NCBI GenBank assembly: GCA_000004695.1
Contig: CM000150.2
Coordinates: forward strand, 3,520,001-3,584,000
From: Dictyostelium discoideum
Taxonomy: Eukaryota
Reading direction: 5' to 3'
DNA length: 64,000 bases
Shown: in pieces, positions 47,462 through 58,116 of the stretch
Numbering within the stretch: position 1 is the stretch's first letter
Layout: each line of letters opens with the position of its first letter
The notes under the pieces: model-generated
The model's database searches: none
The model's input: only the letters and a program-made list of their open reading frames with translations
Told to the model about the DNA's origin: nothing
Made by a program: the position numbers and the translations under genes

Positions 47462-50400
47462 AGTAGTTGGTGTTATATGAGCAGTATGGTATGAAGTGTT
47501 CCGGGATGTTTATGGTCATGAGTTTCGAGTTCCAGTTGTGGCTGAATTTTTCGAGTCTTCTTTTTATTGATGCGGTCCGATTGATTGACTCTCGGTTATC
47601 AGTGCATCTTAGTTCTTGACGTAGTTGTTTTTCTACTATCTTTCTTGTTCTATCCCATTCGGCATCTCTCGCTTTTTTGATTTTATGAATTATTTGGTTC
47701 TCTGTTATTATTGTAGTGTTATCGTTGAATTTTATTTGATTTCTTCTGTACCATATCGATTCCATAATGGCTCCTATCAGATTTGATGAGAATGGTGTGA
47801 GTAGTTTTCCGAGAACTTTTTCGCTCCATGGACCGTGGTAAGTGTTGTTGGAGTCTTTACAGACCTTTTGATAGATTGAGTCGATATTCTGTTTTATTGA
47901 TTTGCATTCGAAGAAGATGTGCATAGACGATTCTTCTTCTTTACATGAGTGGCAATTCTCCCCATGGTGTTTTGGAAGTGCCTTGAGTAGATATCTCCAT
48001 GCTAAGTCTCTTCCTTTGATAGTTGTGATTGATCTGGCTTCTCTGAATGGTAGAATTGGGTGATTAATGTTCTTTTGAATCAGTTTTTGACCTGTTGTTG
48101 GCTGGTGTTTGTTCCATCCCTTGTATTTGATATCCATCATGTTTCTATAGATTACTTTTAATTTTTGTTTGTTTTCGTATTTGGGTTTGACTTGGTTTAG
48201 TTTGAGAGTTATTCGCTCTCTTGGGTGGTGCAACAACTTCCAGGCTTTCCAGCATTTGATGTGAATCCTTGATAGTGAGTTTTCTTTTTCCGACTTCCAG
48301 ACTTCCATATGTGGAGGGCAGTTCTGGTCGTCTTTTTCTCTGAGGTATTGTTCGTATATCCATGCTTTCTGGGCATTGGATCTGGTTGCCATATTCCAGA
48401 GTTCCAGGCCTCCAATTTCATAGTCTCTTCTGCTCCTTTCTTTTGAGATAGCCCACCTGTCCCCTTTGAATAACATGTTGGCATTAACGTTCTCCAGTTT
48501 CTTTATGTCATTTATTTCGTTGATGTATAGTTGGAATGTTAGTTGGGACAGCAGGTATGATTTGAGGATTGTGATTCTACCTTTTAGCGTTGATGACACG
48601 CTCGAATAACATTTTGTGAGGTTTTCCAGTTTGTTCACCGTATCATCTACTTTGCTTATTACACCTTTGCGGTTGAAGAAAAAGCCAAGATATCTTTCTT
48701 CTTCTTTCGCCCCAATTGTCTTATATTTGGTCTTTATCTTTGGGTTTTTAGTGATGCACACACATTTATTATCGTTTATTTTTGCTGCTGTGGCTTGGCA
48801 AAATTTTATAACTTTCATATCCATTTTATCTGCGTCATCTATGTTACTGGCTAGTGTGACTGTGTCGTCTGCATATTGTCCAATCTTCATCGAATTGTTC
48901 TGATTGAGTTTTATGCCTATTATGGTATTGTCTTTTCTTATTGATGTTGATAAGCATTCACATACTATAGCGAAGAGAGTTGGTGAAATTGGGTCGCCCT
49001 GTTTTGTACCTCTTCCTGCTCTGAAGGATTCAGAGAGTTGTCCATTTACCATGACCCTTATGTTGGTGTTCGTTAACATGCTTAGTATTGTGTTTGTTAT
49101 TTTCCGAGGGAACTTTAGATGGTTTAGAGTCCTTATTAACGCTTTATGAGATATTGAATCGAAGGCTTTTTCGAAGTCATAAAAGGTGATTATCGTGTTT
49201 CTATCACTTTTTTCCATTGCTAAATCCAAAGCTATAATGTTGTTGTGGAGTAGCCTTCCTGGTATAAAACCGTTCTGGTACTTTGAGATTATGTTTGGCA
49301 GGATTTTTAGTATTCTATTGTTGATTATTTTTGAGTAGATTTTGTAGTCTACGTTGAGTAACGTTATTGGTCTTCTGTTTGAGATTTCCAAGACATCCCC
49401 TTTACCTTTGTATATTGATGTAAGGATACCGTTCTTGAATTCTGTTGGAATTTCATTGTTTAAAAAGAAGTTGAATAGTTCTGTGAGGATTGGAATTAGT
49501 TTGTGTTGGTGGATTTTATAGAATGAAGATGTTATTCCATCTTCTCCTGGTGATTTACCTTCTGCTATCTTTTCTATTGCTAGCTTAACCTCATATTCTT
49601 CGATTCTGTCTTCCATCTCTGTTAATTTTTTTTTATCTATTGGTGGGTTCCAGGTGCTTAGAAGTTCTGTATGTGTTTCTTGGTCGCATTCTTTCTCTTT
49701 GAAGAGTGTCTCGTAATATTTTCTGAAGCAATCTGTTATTTCTTTTTGTTCTGTTTCGATTTCTCCATTGGATGGGTTCTTTATTCTGTGAATCTGGGAG
49801 CTCGAGTCTCTTTTTTTAAGAATAGATGTAAGGAGATTTGATGCTATTTCTTTATTGTTGATGTAGTTGATTGAGCTTTTGATCATTCTGTCTATTCTTT
49901 CTTCTTCTTGAAGTATTGTTATTTCGTTCGATATTGTTTCTTTTTCATATTTGTTTTTTGTTTTTGTGTGTTCATTTGCTAGATTTGATAGCGTTTTTTT
50001 TCTCTCTAGTATTCTTTTCTTTTCTGTTGTAATGCATTGTTTTTTTATTTTTTTTTTGAACTTAATCCAGTATTCCGTTATGTTAATGTTTTTTCTTTTG
50101 GTTTCCTGGTAGTGGTCGATTATTTTTTCTATCTTTTTTATTGTTTTATCTTCTTTAATTATTATTGAGTTCATTTTCCATAGGGGTGATTTGTATATTT
50201 TTGTGAAATTTGGTATTTTGAAATCCATCACTACTATGTTATGGTCTGATTTGTTTATTTTATCTATTATCTTGTACGAGTGATTGAGTTGGTGCATCTT
50301 TGTTGATAAGAATGTTCTATCGATTAGTTTATCTTTGAAGGTTGTTTTAGTTGTTGAATTTGGTAGTATTTCGGTGAGTCCTACTTCCATCATTAGGAAT

Positions 50401-50888
50401 TCTATTGTTTCATTTTCTGTGAATTTTCTCTTATCGGATGATCCATCTTTGAACTTGATTTTTGCATATTTGTTGATGTTAAAGTCACCAGTAACTATGT
50501 CTGCCTGTTCTAGATCTTCAAGGGAAATATTGTTTGAAAACCATCCTTTTCTTCTGTCATATGAGGCTGGTGCATAGATGCAAATTATGTTGATTTCCAT
50601 ATTGTTTAGAATTGCAGTAAATTTTAAGATTCTGCCTTCTTTTTCTTCCAAGTTTTTAATTTCTATTTGTTCTAGGTGATTTATTGCCATTACTCCTTTT
50701 CCTCTTGCTTCTTTTCCTTTTCCTCCTGTTGAGTAATGGTTTTTGATTTGCGCTAGATTTTGATCCTTTTTTAGATTTGTTTCTGTTAGTATTGATATAT
50801 CAGGTTTTATTAGGTTAATTGTATTTTTTGTCTGATTCATGCTTTTGATTGTTGAGCAACCTTGGCAATTCCAGGTCATTATTTTTAT

Positions 50889-50891
<3 letters not shown>
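47457..50891 (-). CDS. non-LTR retrotransposon ORF2: AP endonuclease + reverse transcriptase + C-terminal Cys/His motif
   Basis: The N-terminus MIKIMTWNCQGC...ILTETNL is an exo-endo-phosphatase. The RT blocks are RPITLLNVDYKIYSKII, FYDFEKAFDSISH and QYADDTVTLA. The HHGENCHSCKEEESSMHIFFEC motif follows. Confidence 0.85.
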
Positions 50892-50974
<83 letters not shown>

Positions 50975-50980
<6 letters not shown>

Positions 50981-51119
50981 AAATGAGACAGATGGAAGTA
51001 TGTCTTGGAGTACTTTGGGCAATTTGTCTCTTAGTGCTGCTTCCATTAGATCTGATTCTTCCTTTGTTATTTTAGTTGGAGTTTTGTAAGGTGTTGATAT
51101 TTCTTGGTGATTAGTTGTT
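50975..51119 (-). pseudogene. C-terminal 47 codons of TRE5-like ORF1, separated from the rest of ORF1 by the nested LTR element
   Basis: With the nested element and one TSD copy removed, 58117..59341 reads in frame into 51119..50975 and ends at TAA (rc of 50975-50977). Confidence 0.7.
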
Positions 51120-51509
51120 TGTTAGAGACTCAAAACTAAATTAATTTAAAGTTAGTATGAGCTCAACAACGTAACAAATTCGCGCATCTCCATGTAAAAA
51201 TATTTCATTTAATTTTTATTTTTATTTTTTAATTTTTTATTTTTTCAGTCAAAAAATAAAAAATTAAATTAAAAAAAATTAAATTAAATTAAAATTTAAA
51301 AAAATAATAAAAATTCTGATTTTTCGGTTTAGTTGGAATAACGCCCTTACTTTTAATTATCTCTTTTATGTATGTTTACTTTTATGATATTAGTCTTTCA
51401 CTCTTTCTATCCTTCATATTAAAAAACATTACTTTAAAGATTGGACTGTTTGATAAAAGATTGAACAAATGTGACAATGGATTGAAGATTAGTGTGAGTG
51501 ACTTTTACA
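51120..51509 (+). repeat. 5' LTR (390 bp)
   Basis: Identical to 57727..58116 over its full length by eye. It starts TGTTAGAG and ends TTTTACA. Confidence 0.85.
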
Positions 51510-51811
51510 CTTTTTTTTTTCTAATTTTAACATAAAACAAATACATTAAAACAAATAATTAGATACAATCCTTATATTTCGTATACAATGACACCTCATG
51601 ATGAAGAAGTCGACTCTTCAGATTAGAGGAATAACAGTAGTATTTAAAACAAAATAAAAATGCATTACAATGGCCCTTCTGTTTGCAAGATTAACGCTGT
51701 ACTGCTTAGGCGGTACAACGACACTTCCTACTCACATTGTAAACATGCATCTTTTATAAAGTAATATAAAACAAGATTGTATCAATTAATTTAATAATAA
51801 TGCTCAAATAC

Positions 51812-52085
51812 AAAGACACCACAATATAAATTATTAGTGGAATAACAGTTAAACAAAGACACCACAATATAAATTATTAGTGGAATAACAGTTAAATAAA
51901 GACACCACAATATAAATTATTAGTGGAATAACAGTTAAATAAAGACACCACAATATAAATTATTAGTGGAATAACAGTTATATTGATGCATTGTTATAAT
52001 TAAAATAATTTAAGATAATATTTATTATCAATTAAATAATATAAAGACACCACAATAAAAATATATTAGTGGAATAACAGTTAAC
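51812..52085 (+). repeat. tandem ~43-bp repeat (aaagacaccacaatataaattattagtggaataacagttaaa) x4 plus one degenerate copy in the LTR-element leader
   Basis: Seen directly, between the 5' LTR and the gag start. Confidence 0.9.
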
Positions 52086-52235
52086 ATATATTAATACTTA
52101 TATTTAATTATTTAATTAAAAATTAAATTAAATTAAATTAAATAAATTAAATTAAATTATATAATTAAATTATGTAAATTAAATAAAAAAATTAAATTAT
52201 AAAATTAAATTATATTTAATAAATTTTATATATAA

Positions 52236-53399
52236 TTGTTGGTGAAAGTCATGTCATCAACTACTACTCATTCAAAGAAAGCCATCCGTAAAGCCAAAGT
52301 GTCTTCCACCGCCAAACGTGCCGCTGAAGTGACAACTGCCTCCGATGATGCTATTACTGTTCAAGTAAAATCAAAAAAGACTCTTCGTCCCACTGAAGTT
52401 GATGATGAAATTTATTCAACTGAAAGCACTGATGTATCCGACGTCGAAGTCAGAGAGAAAGTGCCAAAGAAATCAAAGACCAATTCGATTGAAGCTAAAA
52501 CCATTGACGCTTTAAAAAATGCTGCCACTGCTGTCATCTTCATGAATCTCTTTACCATCCACTGCTCCCAGAATGGTGTTGAACCAACCTTGAAGACCAT
52601 TATGGACAATGGTGCTGCATCAAATGAATTATTTCAATTGCTTCAACCTACCCACAATGAATCAGTTAAGAACAACGATAAAATTGAAGGTGAAACATTA
52701 AAGAAGCTAATCCACCGTAACTTTAGATCCAAGACTTTGGTTCCATTCAAAACTGACTACGAAGCTGCCAACACTAAAGTAGTCGAAGCTATTAACCATC
52801 GTAACTGCTACTCAGCCCAAGATGTTATAAAAAACATCGAAGCCATTATGAGTTACCACAATGTAATTAATCCGGTGTATCTCATCCATGGTACTGCTGA
52901 AGTTCAATTAGAGTATCTAAGATCAATTTTAGATAATAATATCCTTGCTTTGTTAAAGATGGTCGTACCAGACTGGTTACAAACTGATGTTGCAATCAAA
53001 CTCAACACTCAAACCGATATCACCGAGTGTCGTGAAGCCATCACCGAGTTGGTTCTTAACAATGCTGATAAGTTCTCGAGAAGAAGACCTTCCGATTCTG
53101 CATCGAATACTGATGAGAAGTTTCTATTAAAAAAGAATCATGCTACTCCAAATCATAACTCTCATAACAGGAATTCCTTTGATGCTCAAGCTGATAAGAT
53201 TAGAGCTGCAATATTACCCGAAATAAGAAAAGACTCTAAGGTAGACCTCAAAAAGATAAGAAGCAGTTTCATCGTTTACCGTCAAAACAAAGGCTACTGT
53301 CTCAATTGTGGTAAATCAAATCACTCCACATCTACATGTAGAATTGATCCGGTCGATGCCAAAGCCAATCCAGGTCCATCAGCCAAAAAGCAACAATGA
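52236..53399 (+). CDS. retrotransposon Gag with CCHC zinc knuckle (CLNCGKSNHSTSTC)
   Basis: The ORF-track product is basic near its C-terminus and carries a CX2CX4HX4C knuckle. It ends at TGA 53397-53399. Confidence 0.8.
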   Translation: MLVKVMSSTTTHSKKAIRKAKVSSTAKRAAEVTTASDDAITVQVKSKKTLRPTEVDDEIYSTESTDVSDVEVREKVPKKSKTNSIEAKTIDALKNAATAVIFMNLFTIHCSQNGVEPTLKTIMDNGAASNELFQLLQPTHNESVKNNDKIEGETLKKLIHRNFRSKTLVPFKTDYEAANTKVVEAINHRNCYSAQDVIKNIEAIMSYHNVINPVYLIHGTAEVQLEYLRSILDNNILALLKMVVPDWLQTDVAIKLNTQTDITECREAITELVLNNADKFSRRRPSDSASNTDEKFLLKKNHATPNHNSHNRNSFDAQADKIRAAILPEIRKDSKVDLKKIRSSFIVYRQNKGYCLNCGKSNHSTSTCRIDPVDAKANPGPSAKKQQ

Positions 53400-56300
53400 C
53401 TCGATGAAGGTGATGAGTCCAAGTCAAAGATTTTAAATAAAAATTATAAAATTTCACAATATCATCACCTTGAGGATAATGATTACCCAGTGAACAAAGA
53501 TTCACTTTATACTCTTAACTCTTTTTATAATCAAAACATTGTTAAACAGTTACATCAACAAAGCCAGCAACATGATGTTCATAAAAACATCAACAAACTT
53601 AAAGAATACGTCAAAGACTCATATGGTATAAAACTAGTTCCTGATACAACCGTTCCAATTCCAAAAGCTGTTGAATCAGAGATGAAGTATAAACCACAGA
53701 AGATTGAATTTAATACTCCAACAGAGTTAACAAATGTTCAAGATAAAAACTATACTGTTAACATATTCAATCGTCCAAAGATATTAAATTCTAGTAAAGA
53801 ATTAATTAATGATGAAGAAGATGAATTGCTTTACACAATTAAATTCGATAAAGAAACAAACAAACCAATCATCTCATTATTACATAGTACTGGTACAAGT
53901 GATACTGCTCTCATTCCGACTCTAAAATGTTTAATCGTTCCAAACAGAGAAAACATGGATAAACCCAAGATTATAATTAACTCTCATTCCAAAGAAAAAC
54001 AATTCAAATTAATTCTCGATACTGGAAGTAATGTTAGTTTAATCAATAAGAGGTTGATTTCAAAAGATATGAAGAACCACGTTCACAAAACGAAAGCCAA
54101 GATTAACTTCCCGCTACTAGACGTCAAAGAAGAGTTTGTTGAACAAATCAATATACAAGTTAACAATGAAATTCATAACTTCTTTATTATAGAATTGGAT
54201 ATCATTGATGTACTTTTCGGTAATGATATCCTTAAGGACTCTATCATTAACCAAAAAGATAAAATAATCAAGTTGAATAACAGTACATACAAAATTAATT
54301 ATCAACAGTCGAATCAATTACATTGTAATGTAAAAGCTCCAAGAAAACATGTTACCGTATCCAATGATAATCAGTCACAGTCACATAATCTACTAGATGA
54401 TGATGAAGATATCAAAGAACAAGTTACAAAGTTTGTTGAAAGCATCCCATCACAACTTTGTGATATACTGGTTAAAACTAATCCAGAAGAAGAAGAGATA
54501 CAAGCAGTACGTGATTTCATTAATGATTCATTCGAAGATGTTATAGTAGATAAACTTCCTGATATTCCAGATCAGATTAACAATTCCAGAAGAGGTAATA
54601 TCATACATAATATCATAATAAAGAAAGATCAAGATGTTGAACCAACAAAGAAACAAATCTATTATTCAACAGATGATCATAAGAGACATGTCGAAGAAAT
54701 GGTTATCAAATTTATAGATTTAGGTATTATCAAAAGATCAGAATCAAATTACTCATCTCCAATCATGTTATTAAAGAAGAGAGATTCATGGTGTGTAGTC
54801 CACGACTATCGTCAACTAAATAAAGTCACTGTTAGAGACGATCATCCATTCACTCCGGTTGATAGTCTTTTAAATCAATGTAAAGATTCAAAGCTTTTCT
54901 CAAAGTTTGACATGATTATGGGTTATTTCCAAGTGTTAATTAATCCAGAACACGCAAAGTACACCGCTTTCATTACACATATTGGTAAATTTGAATATAC
55001 TAGAATGCCACAAGGTTTAGTCAACTCTCCATCCACATTCGCCAGATTGATGGTCGAAATATTTGGAAAAATCAAAAGTTTATTACAATACTTTGATGAT
55101 CTTTTGGTTCATTCAAAACTCGACTACATGGTACATTTCATTGAAATAATTAGAATGCTTCTATATTGTAGAAAGTACCTATTATTCATTTCAAGAGAAA
55201 AGAGTGAAATGTTAAAGACTGAAGTAGATTTCCTTGGTTTCCACATTCATAAAGATGGTATATCTCCAAGAGCTGCAAAGGTTAGAGCTATCTCTGAGTT
55301 ACCTGAACCAAGAAACGCCAAAGAAGCTGAAGCTGCATTAGGTCTTTTTGGATTCTTCAGGAGACACATTGAAAATTACGCTGAAAAAACCTATCACCTT
55401 TCCAAAGAATCAAAAGGAAAAAACAAGAAAACACTTTCTGATGAATCACTCAAAGAATTCAATAATCTAAAGAAAGAGTTTGAAGGTGAAAATATTGTCG
55501 CTATTCCAATTGAACAAGATAACTCCATACCAATAGATATCGAAAAGGTTAAAGCATCAACAGACATGCCAATCCATTCAGATAATAATAATCTAAACAA
55601 TGGTAGTTTTCACTTGTATTGTGATGTTAGTGATAAAGCATTATCAGGTGTATTATATCAAATTCAAGGTAATAAATTCAAAGTCATTTGGTTTCACAGT
55701 AGAAAACTTACTGATACTCAAAAGAGGTACAGCATAGGTGATAGAGAGTTCCTTTCAATCATTGATTCTCTAAAGAAGTTTCAACATTTATTAATTGGTA
55801 AAAAGGTTTCAATCTACACTGATCACCAAAATCTTACATATATTATCAATAAGTCAAACGATAAACCGTTCACAAAGAGACAAGATAATTATATGAAATA
55901 TATTAAAGAATTTGATTATGAATTAAGACATATAAGTGGTAAAAAGAATGGTATAGCTGATTTTTTATCTCGTAAATATGATAATTTCCAATGGGATGAA
56001 TCGTTTTTAAATAAAATTAAGGAAGAACAAATCAATTCTCAATGGCTATTAGAGATGAAAAAGAATCCAAATTTATGCATTGAAGAAATTAATGATATCT
56101 GTTACCTTAGTGAAGATGGGTTCAAGAAATTAATCATCATAGATAAAGAAACTATTCATACCGTCATTAGAGAATATCACGATACCAAATATAGTGGTCA
56201 TCACGCTTTAGATATCACATACAATAATATAAGACAAGATTACTATTTCAAAGAAATGTTTTCTATTATCAAGAGGTACATAAAGTCTTGTGCAACATGT

Positions 56301-57683
56301 CAATTGAACATTAACCGTAAAGATAATGGTATACTCCAAAGTTTAGAAATTCCCTTTGAAGTTTGGAGAGATATATCAATCGATTTCTTATCGCTACCAA
56401 AAACAATGTATGCAATAAACGGATTTACAGTTGAAGTCGATCAAGTTTGTGTCATTGTTTGTAGATTATCTAAAATGGTTCATATAGTTCCATGTCATAA
56501 GACAATAGATGCCCAACATACCGCTCAATTATTGTTGAATCATGTGTTCAGACTCCATGGTTATCCAAGAACAATCGTCTCCGATAGAGATCCAAGATTC
56601 CTTTCAGAAATATGGGAGAGATGGGCAAAGACGATGGATTCTAAACTCAAGATGACTGTGGCACACAGAGCACAAGCTGATGGTCAAACTGAAAGAATGA
56701 ATAGAGAAATTATTAGAATATTAACTAAAGCCTCAACAGAGTATGGGGAGAATTGGTCAGATATCATTCCACTTATTGAATTTGCAATGAACTCATCAAT
56801 GAGCAAGTCTACAAAGATGTCACCATTCCAAATCGTTTATGGATTCAATCCACCAACTCCCGTTAATCATTTCAATTCATTAACAAAGACTCGTATACCA
56901 ATGAGCAACATCAAAAAGATTGTCCGTGATAATATACTAGATGCTCAAATCAATGCTCAAAAGTATTACAACCGAGGTCGTGGTGATGTTATCTTCGTAG
57001 TCGGAGAAAAGGTGATGGTTAAAAGAAAATTCTTCCAAACTAATCTTTCAAAAGATCTAATCTCTCACAAACTTGAATCCAAGAATTGTGGACCATTCAT
57101 AATCACTGCCGTTCATGGTAATAATGTAACACTCGATTTAGTAGGTTATCCAAAGAAACACAATGTGTTCAACAAAGATCAAATCGTAAAACTATACGAG
57201 GACAGTGAGTGGTTAAGAGAAGAGATATCGATGCCGGAACCTGAGGAGATGGACGAAGCAAGTTACGAAGTTGAAAGTATTCTCAATCACGATAAAGTCA
57301 AAAAGATGTACCTAGTGAAGTTCAAAGGTTACCCAGAACCTGAATGGATCAAAGAAGTCGATACAGACTGTGAAGAGTTAGTCAGAGAGTATTGGAATAA
57401 CGTGCAGAAGAAACAATTGAACTCAAGAAGAGAAAGAGAGAATGTAACTACAGAAGCCGTTGAGCCAATTGTGTCACCTCCACTCTCCCAAGAAGTTCAA
57501 AGTTCTCAAACATTGCAACCAATTACTCCAAGACAACAAAACTCCATCTCAAATCAAAGAAACCAATCAAAGAAAAGAAAATCAAGAAATCAAAATACTT
57601 CAAGTGATGATGATGAACTTGATCTTAGTTTACAAATTAAAACAACTAGATCAGGAAGAAAAGTTACACCCAAGAGTTTATAG
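53400..57683 (+). CDS. retrotransposon Pol (aspartic protease LILDTGSNVSLIN, RT, RNase H, integrase HHCC + DDE, C-terminal chromodomain), same frame as gag behind a TGA
   Basis: RT motifs YFDDLLVHS; integrase motifs HHALDITYNNIRQDYYFKEMFSIIKRYIKSCATCQ and VSDRDPRFLSEIWERW; chromodomain YEVESILNHDKVKKMYLVKFKGYPEPEWIKE. No ATG follows the TGA. The first alternative start is GTG at 53490. Confidence 0.8.
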   Translation, partial: LDEGDESKSKILNKNYKISQYHHLEDNDYPVNKDSLYTLNSFYNQNIVKQLHQQSQQHDVHKNINKLKEYVKDSYGIKLVPDTTVPIPKAVESEMKYKPQKIEFNTPTELTNVQDKNYTVNIFNRPKILNSSKELINDEEDELLYTIKFDKETNKPIISLLHSTGTSDTALIPTLKCLIVPNRENMDKPKIIINSHSKEKQFKLILDTGSNVSLINKRLISKDMKNHVHKTKAKINFPLLDVKEEFVEQINIQVNNEIHNFFIIELDIIDVLFGNDILKDSIINQKDKIIKLNNSTYKINYQQSNQLHCNVKAPRKHVTVSNDNQSQSHNLLDDDEDIKEQVTKFVESIPSQLCDILVKTNPEEEEIQAVRDFINDSFEDVIVDKLPDIPDQINNSRRGNIIHNIIIKKDQDVEPTKKQIYYSTDDHKRHVEEMVIKFIDLGIIKRSESNYSSPIMLLKKRDSWCVVHDYRQLNKVTVRDDHPFTPVDSLLNQCKDSKLFSKFDMIMGYFQVLINPEHAKYTAFITHIGKFEYTRMPQGLVNSPSTFARLMVEIFGKIKSLLQYFDDLLVHSKLDYMVHFIEIIRMLLYCRKYLLFISREKSEMLKTEVDFLGFHIHKDGISPRAAKVRAISELPEPRNAKEAEAALGLFGFFRRHIENYAEKTYHLSKESKGKNKKTLSDESLKEFNNLKKEFEGENIVAIPIEQDNSIPIDIEKVKASTDMPIHSDNNNLNNGSFHLYCDVSDKALSGVLYQIQGNKFKVIWFHSRKLTDTQKRYSIGDREFLSIIDSLKKFQHLLIGKKVSIYTDHQNLTYIINKSNDKPFTKRQDNYMKYIKEFDYELRHISGKKNGIADFLSRKYDNFQWDESFLNKIKEEQINSQWLLEMKKNPNLCIEEINDICYLSEDGFKKLIIIDKETIHTVIREYHDTKYSGHHALDITYNNIRQDYYFKEMFSIIKRYIKSCATCQLNINRKDNGILQSLEIPFEVWRDISIDFLSLPKTMYAINGFTVEVDQVCVIVCRLSKMVHIVPCHKTIDAQHTAQLLLNHVFRLHGYPRTIVSDRDPRFLSEIWERWAKTMDSKLKMTVAHRAQADGQTERMNREIIRILTKASTEYGENWSDIIPLIEFAMNSSMSKSTKMSPFQIVYGFNPPTPVNHFNSLTKTRIPMSNIKKIVRDNILDAQINAQKYYNRGRGDVIFVVGEKVMVKRKFFQTNLSKDLISHKLESKNCGPFIITAVHGNNVTLDLVGYPKKHNVFNKDQIVKLYEDSEWLREEISMPEPEEMDEASYEVESILNHDKVKKMYLVKFKGYPEPEWIKEVDTDCEELVREYWNNVQKKQLNSRRERENVTTEAVEPIVSPPLSQEVQSSQTLQPITPRQQNSISNQRNQSKKRKSRNQNTSSDDDELDLSLQIKTTRSGRKVTPKSL

Positions 57684-57707
57684 TCCACCTCTGAGCCATA
57701 GCTAGCC

Positions 57708-57726
57708 TAAAGAAGGAAGGGGAAGG
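57708..57726 (+). promoter_or_regulatory. polypurine tract (AAAGAAGGAAGGGGAAGG) abutting the 3' LTR
   Basis: Seen directly, immediately 5' of the LTR start at 57727. Confidence 0.8.
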
Positions 57727-58116
57727 TGTTAGAGACTCAAAACTAAATTAATTTAAAGTTAGTATGAGCTCAACAACGTAACAAATTCGCGCATCTCCAT
57801 GTAAAAATATTTCATTTAATTTTTATTTTTATTTTTTAATTTTTTATTTTTTCAGTCAAAAAATAAAAAATTAAATTAAAAAAAATTAAATTAAATTAAA
57901 ATTTAAAAAAATAATAAAAATTCTGATTTTTCGGTTTAGTTGGAATAACGCCCTTACTTTTAATTATCTCTTTTATGTATGTTTACTTTTATGATATTAG
58001 TCTTTCACTCTTTCTATCCTTCATATTAAAAAACATTACTTTAAAGATTGGACTGTTTGATAAAAGATTGAACAAATGTGACAATGGATTGAAGATTAGT
58101 GTGAGTGACTTTTACA
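57727..58116 (+). repeat. 3' LTR (390 bp)
   Basis: A copy of 51120..51509. Confidence 0.85.

Larger units (their letters stand above)
51120..58116 (+). mobile_element. Ty3/gypsy chromovirus LTR retrotransposon, Skipper-like, 6997 bp, apparently intact
   Basis: Identical 390-bp LTRs (TG...CA) at 51120..51509 and 57727..58116. The 5-bp TSD TTGTT sits at 51115..51119 and 58117..58121. A gag ORF and a PR-RT-RH-IN-chromodomain ORF lie in the same frame, separated by a single TGA. A PPT immediately precedes the 3' LTR. Confidence 0.85.

Noticed and set aside
48145-49149. Short ORFs on both strands inside the ORF2 region (48145, 48209 minus; 48616, 48904, 50284 plus)
   Set aside because: They are alternative-frame or antisense artifacts inside the 1144-aa APE-RT ORF.
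51510-51560. Expected tRNA primer-binding site right after the 5' LTR
   Set aside because: The sequence after the LTR is cttttttttttctaatttt..., with no obvious TGG... complement of a tRNA 3' end. I could not identify a PBS by eye and did not annotate one.
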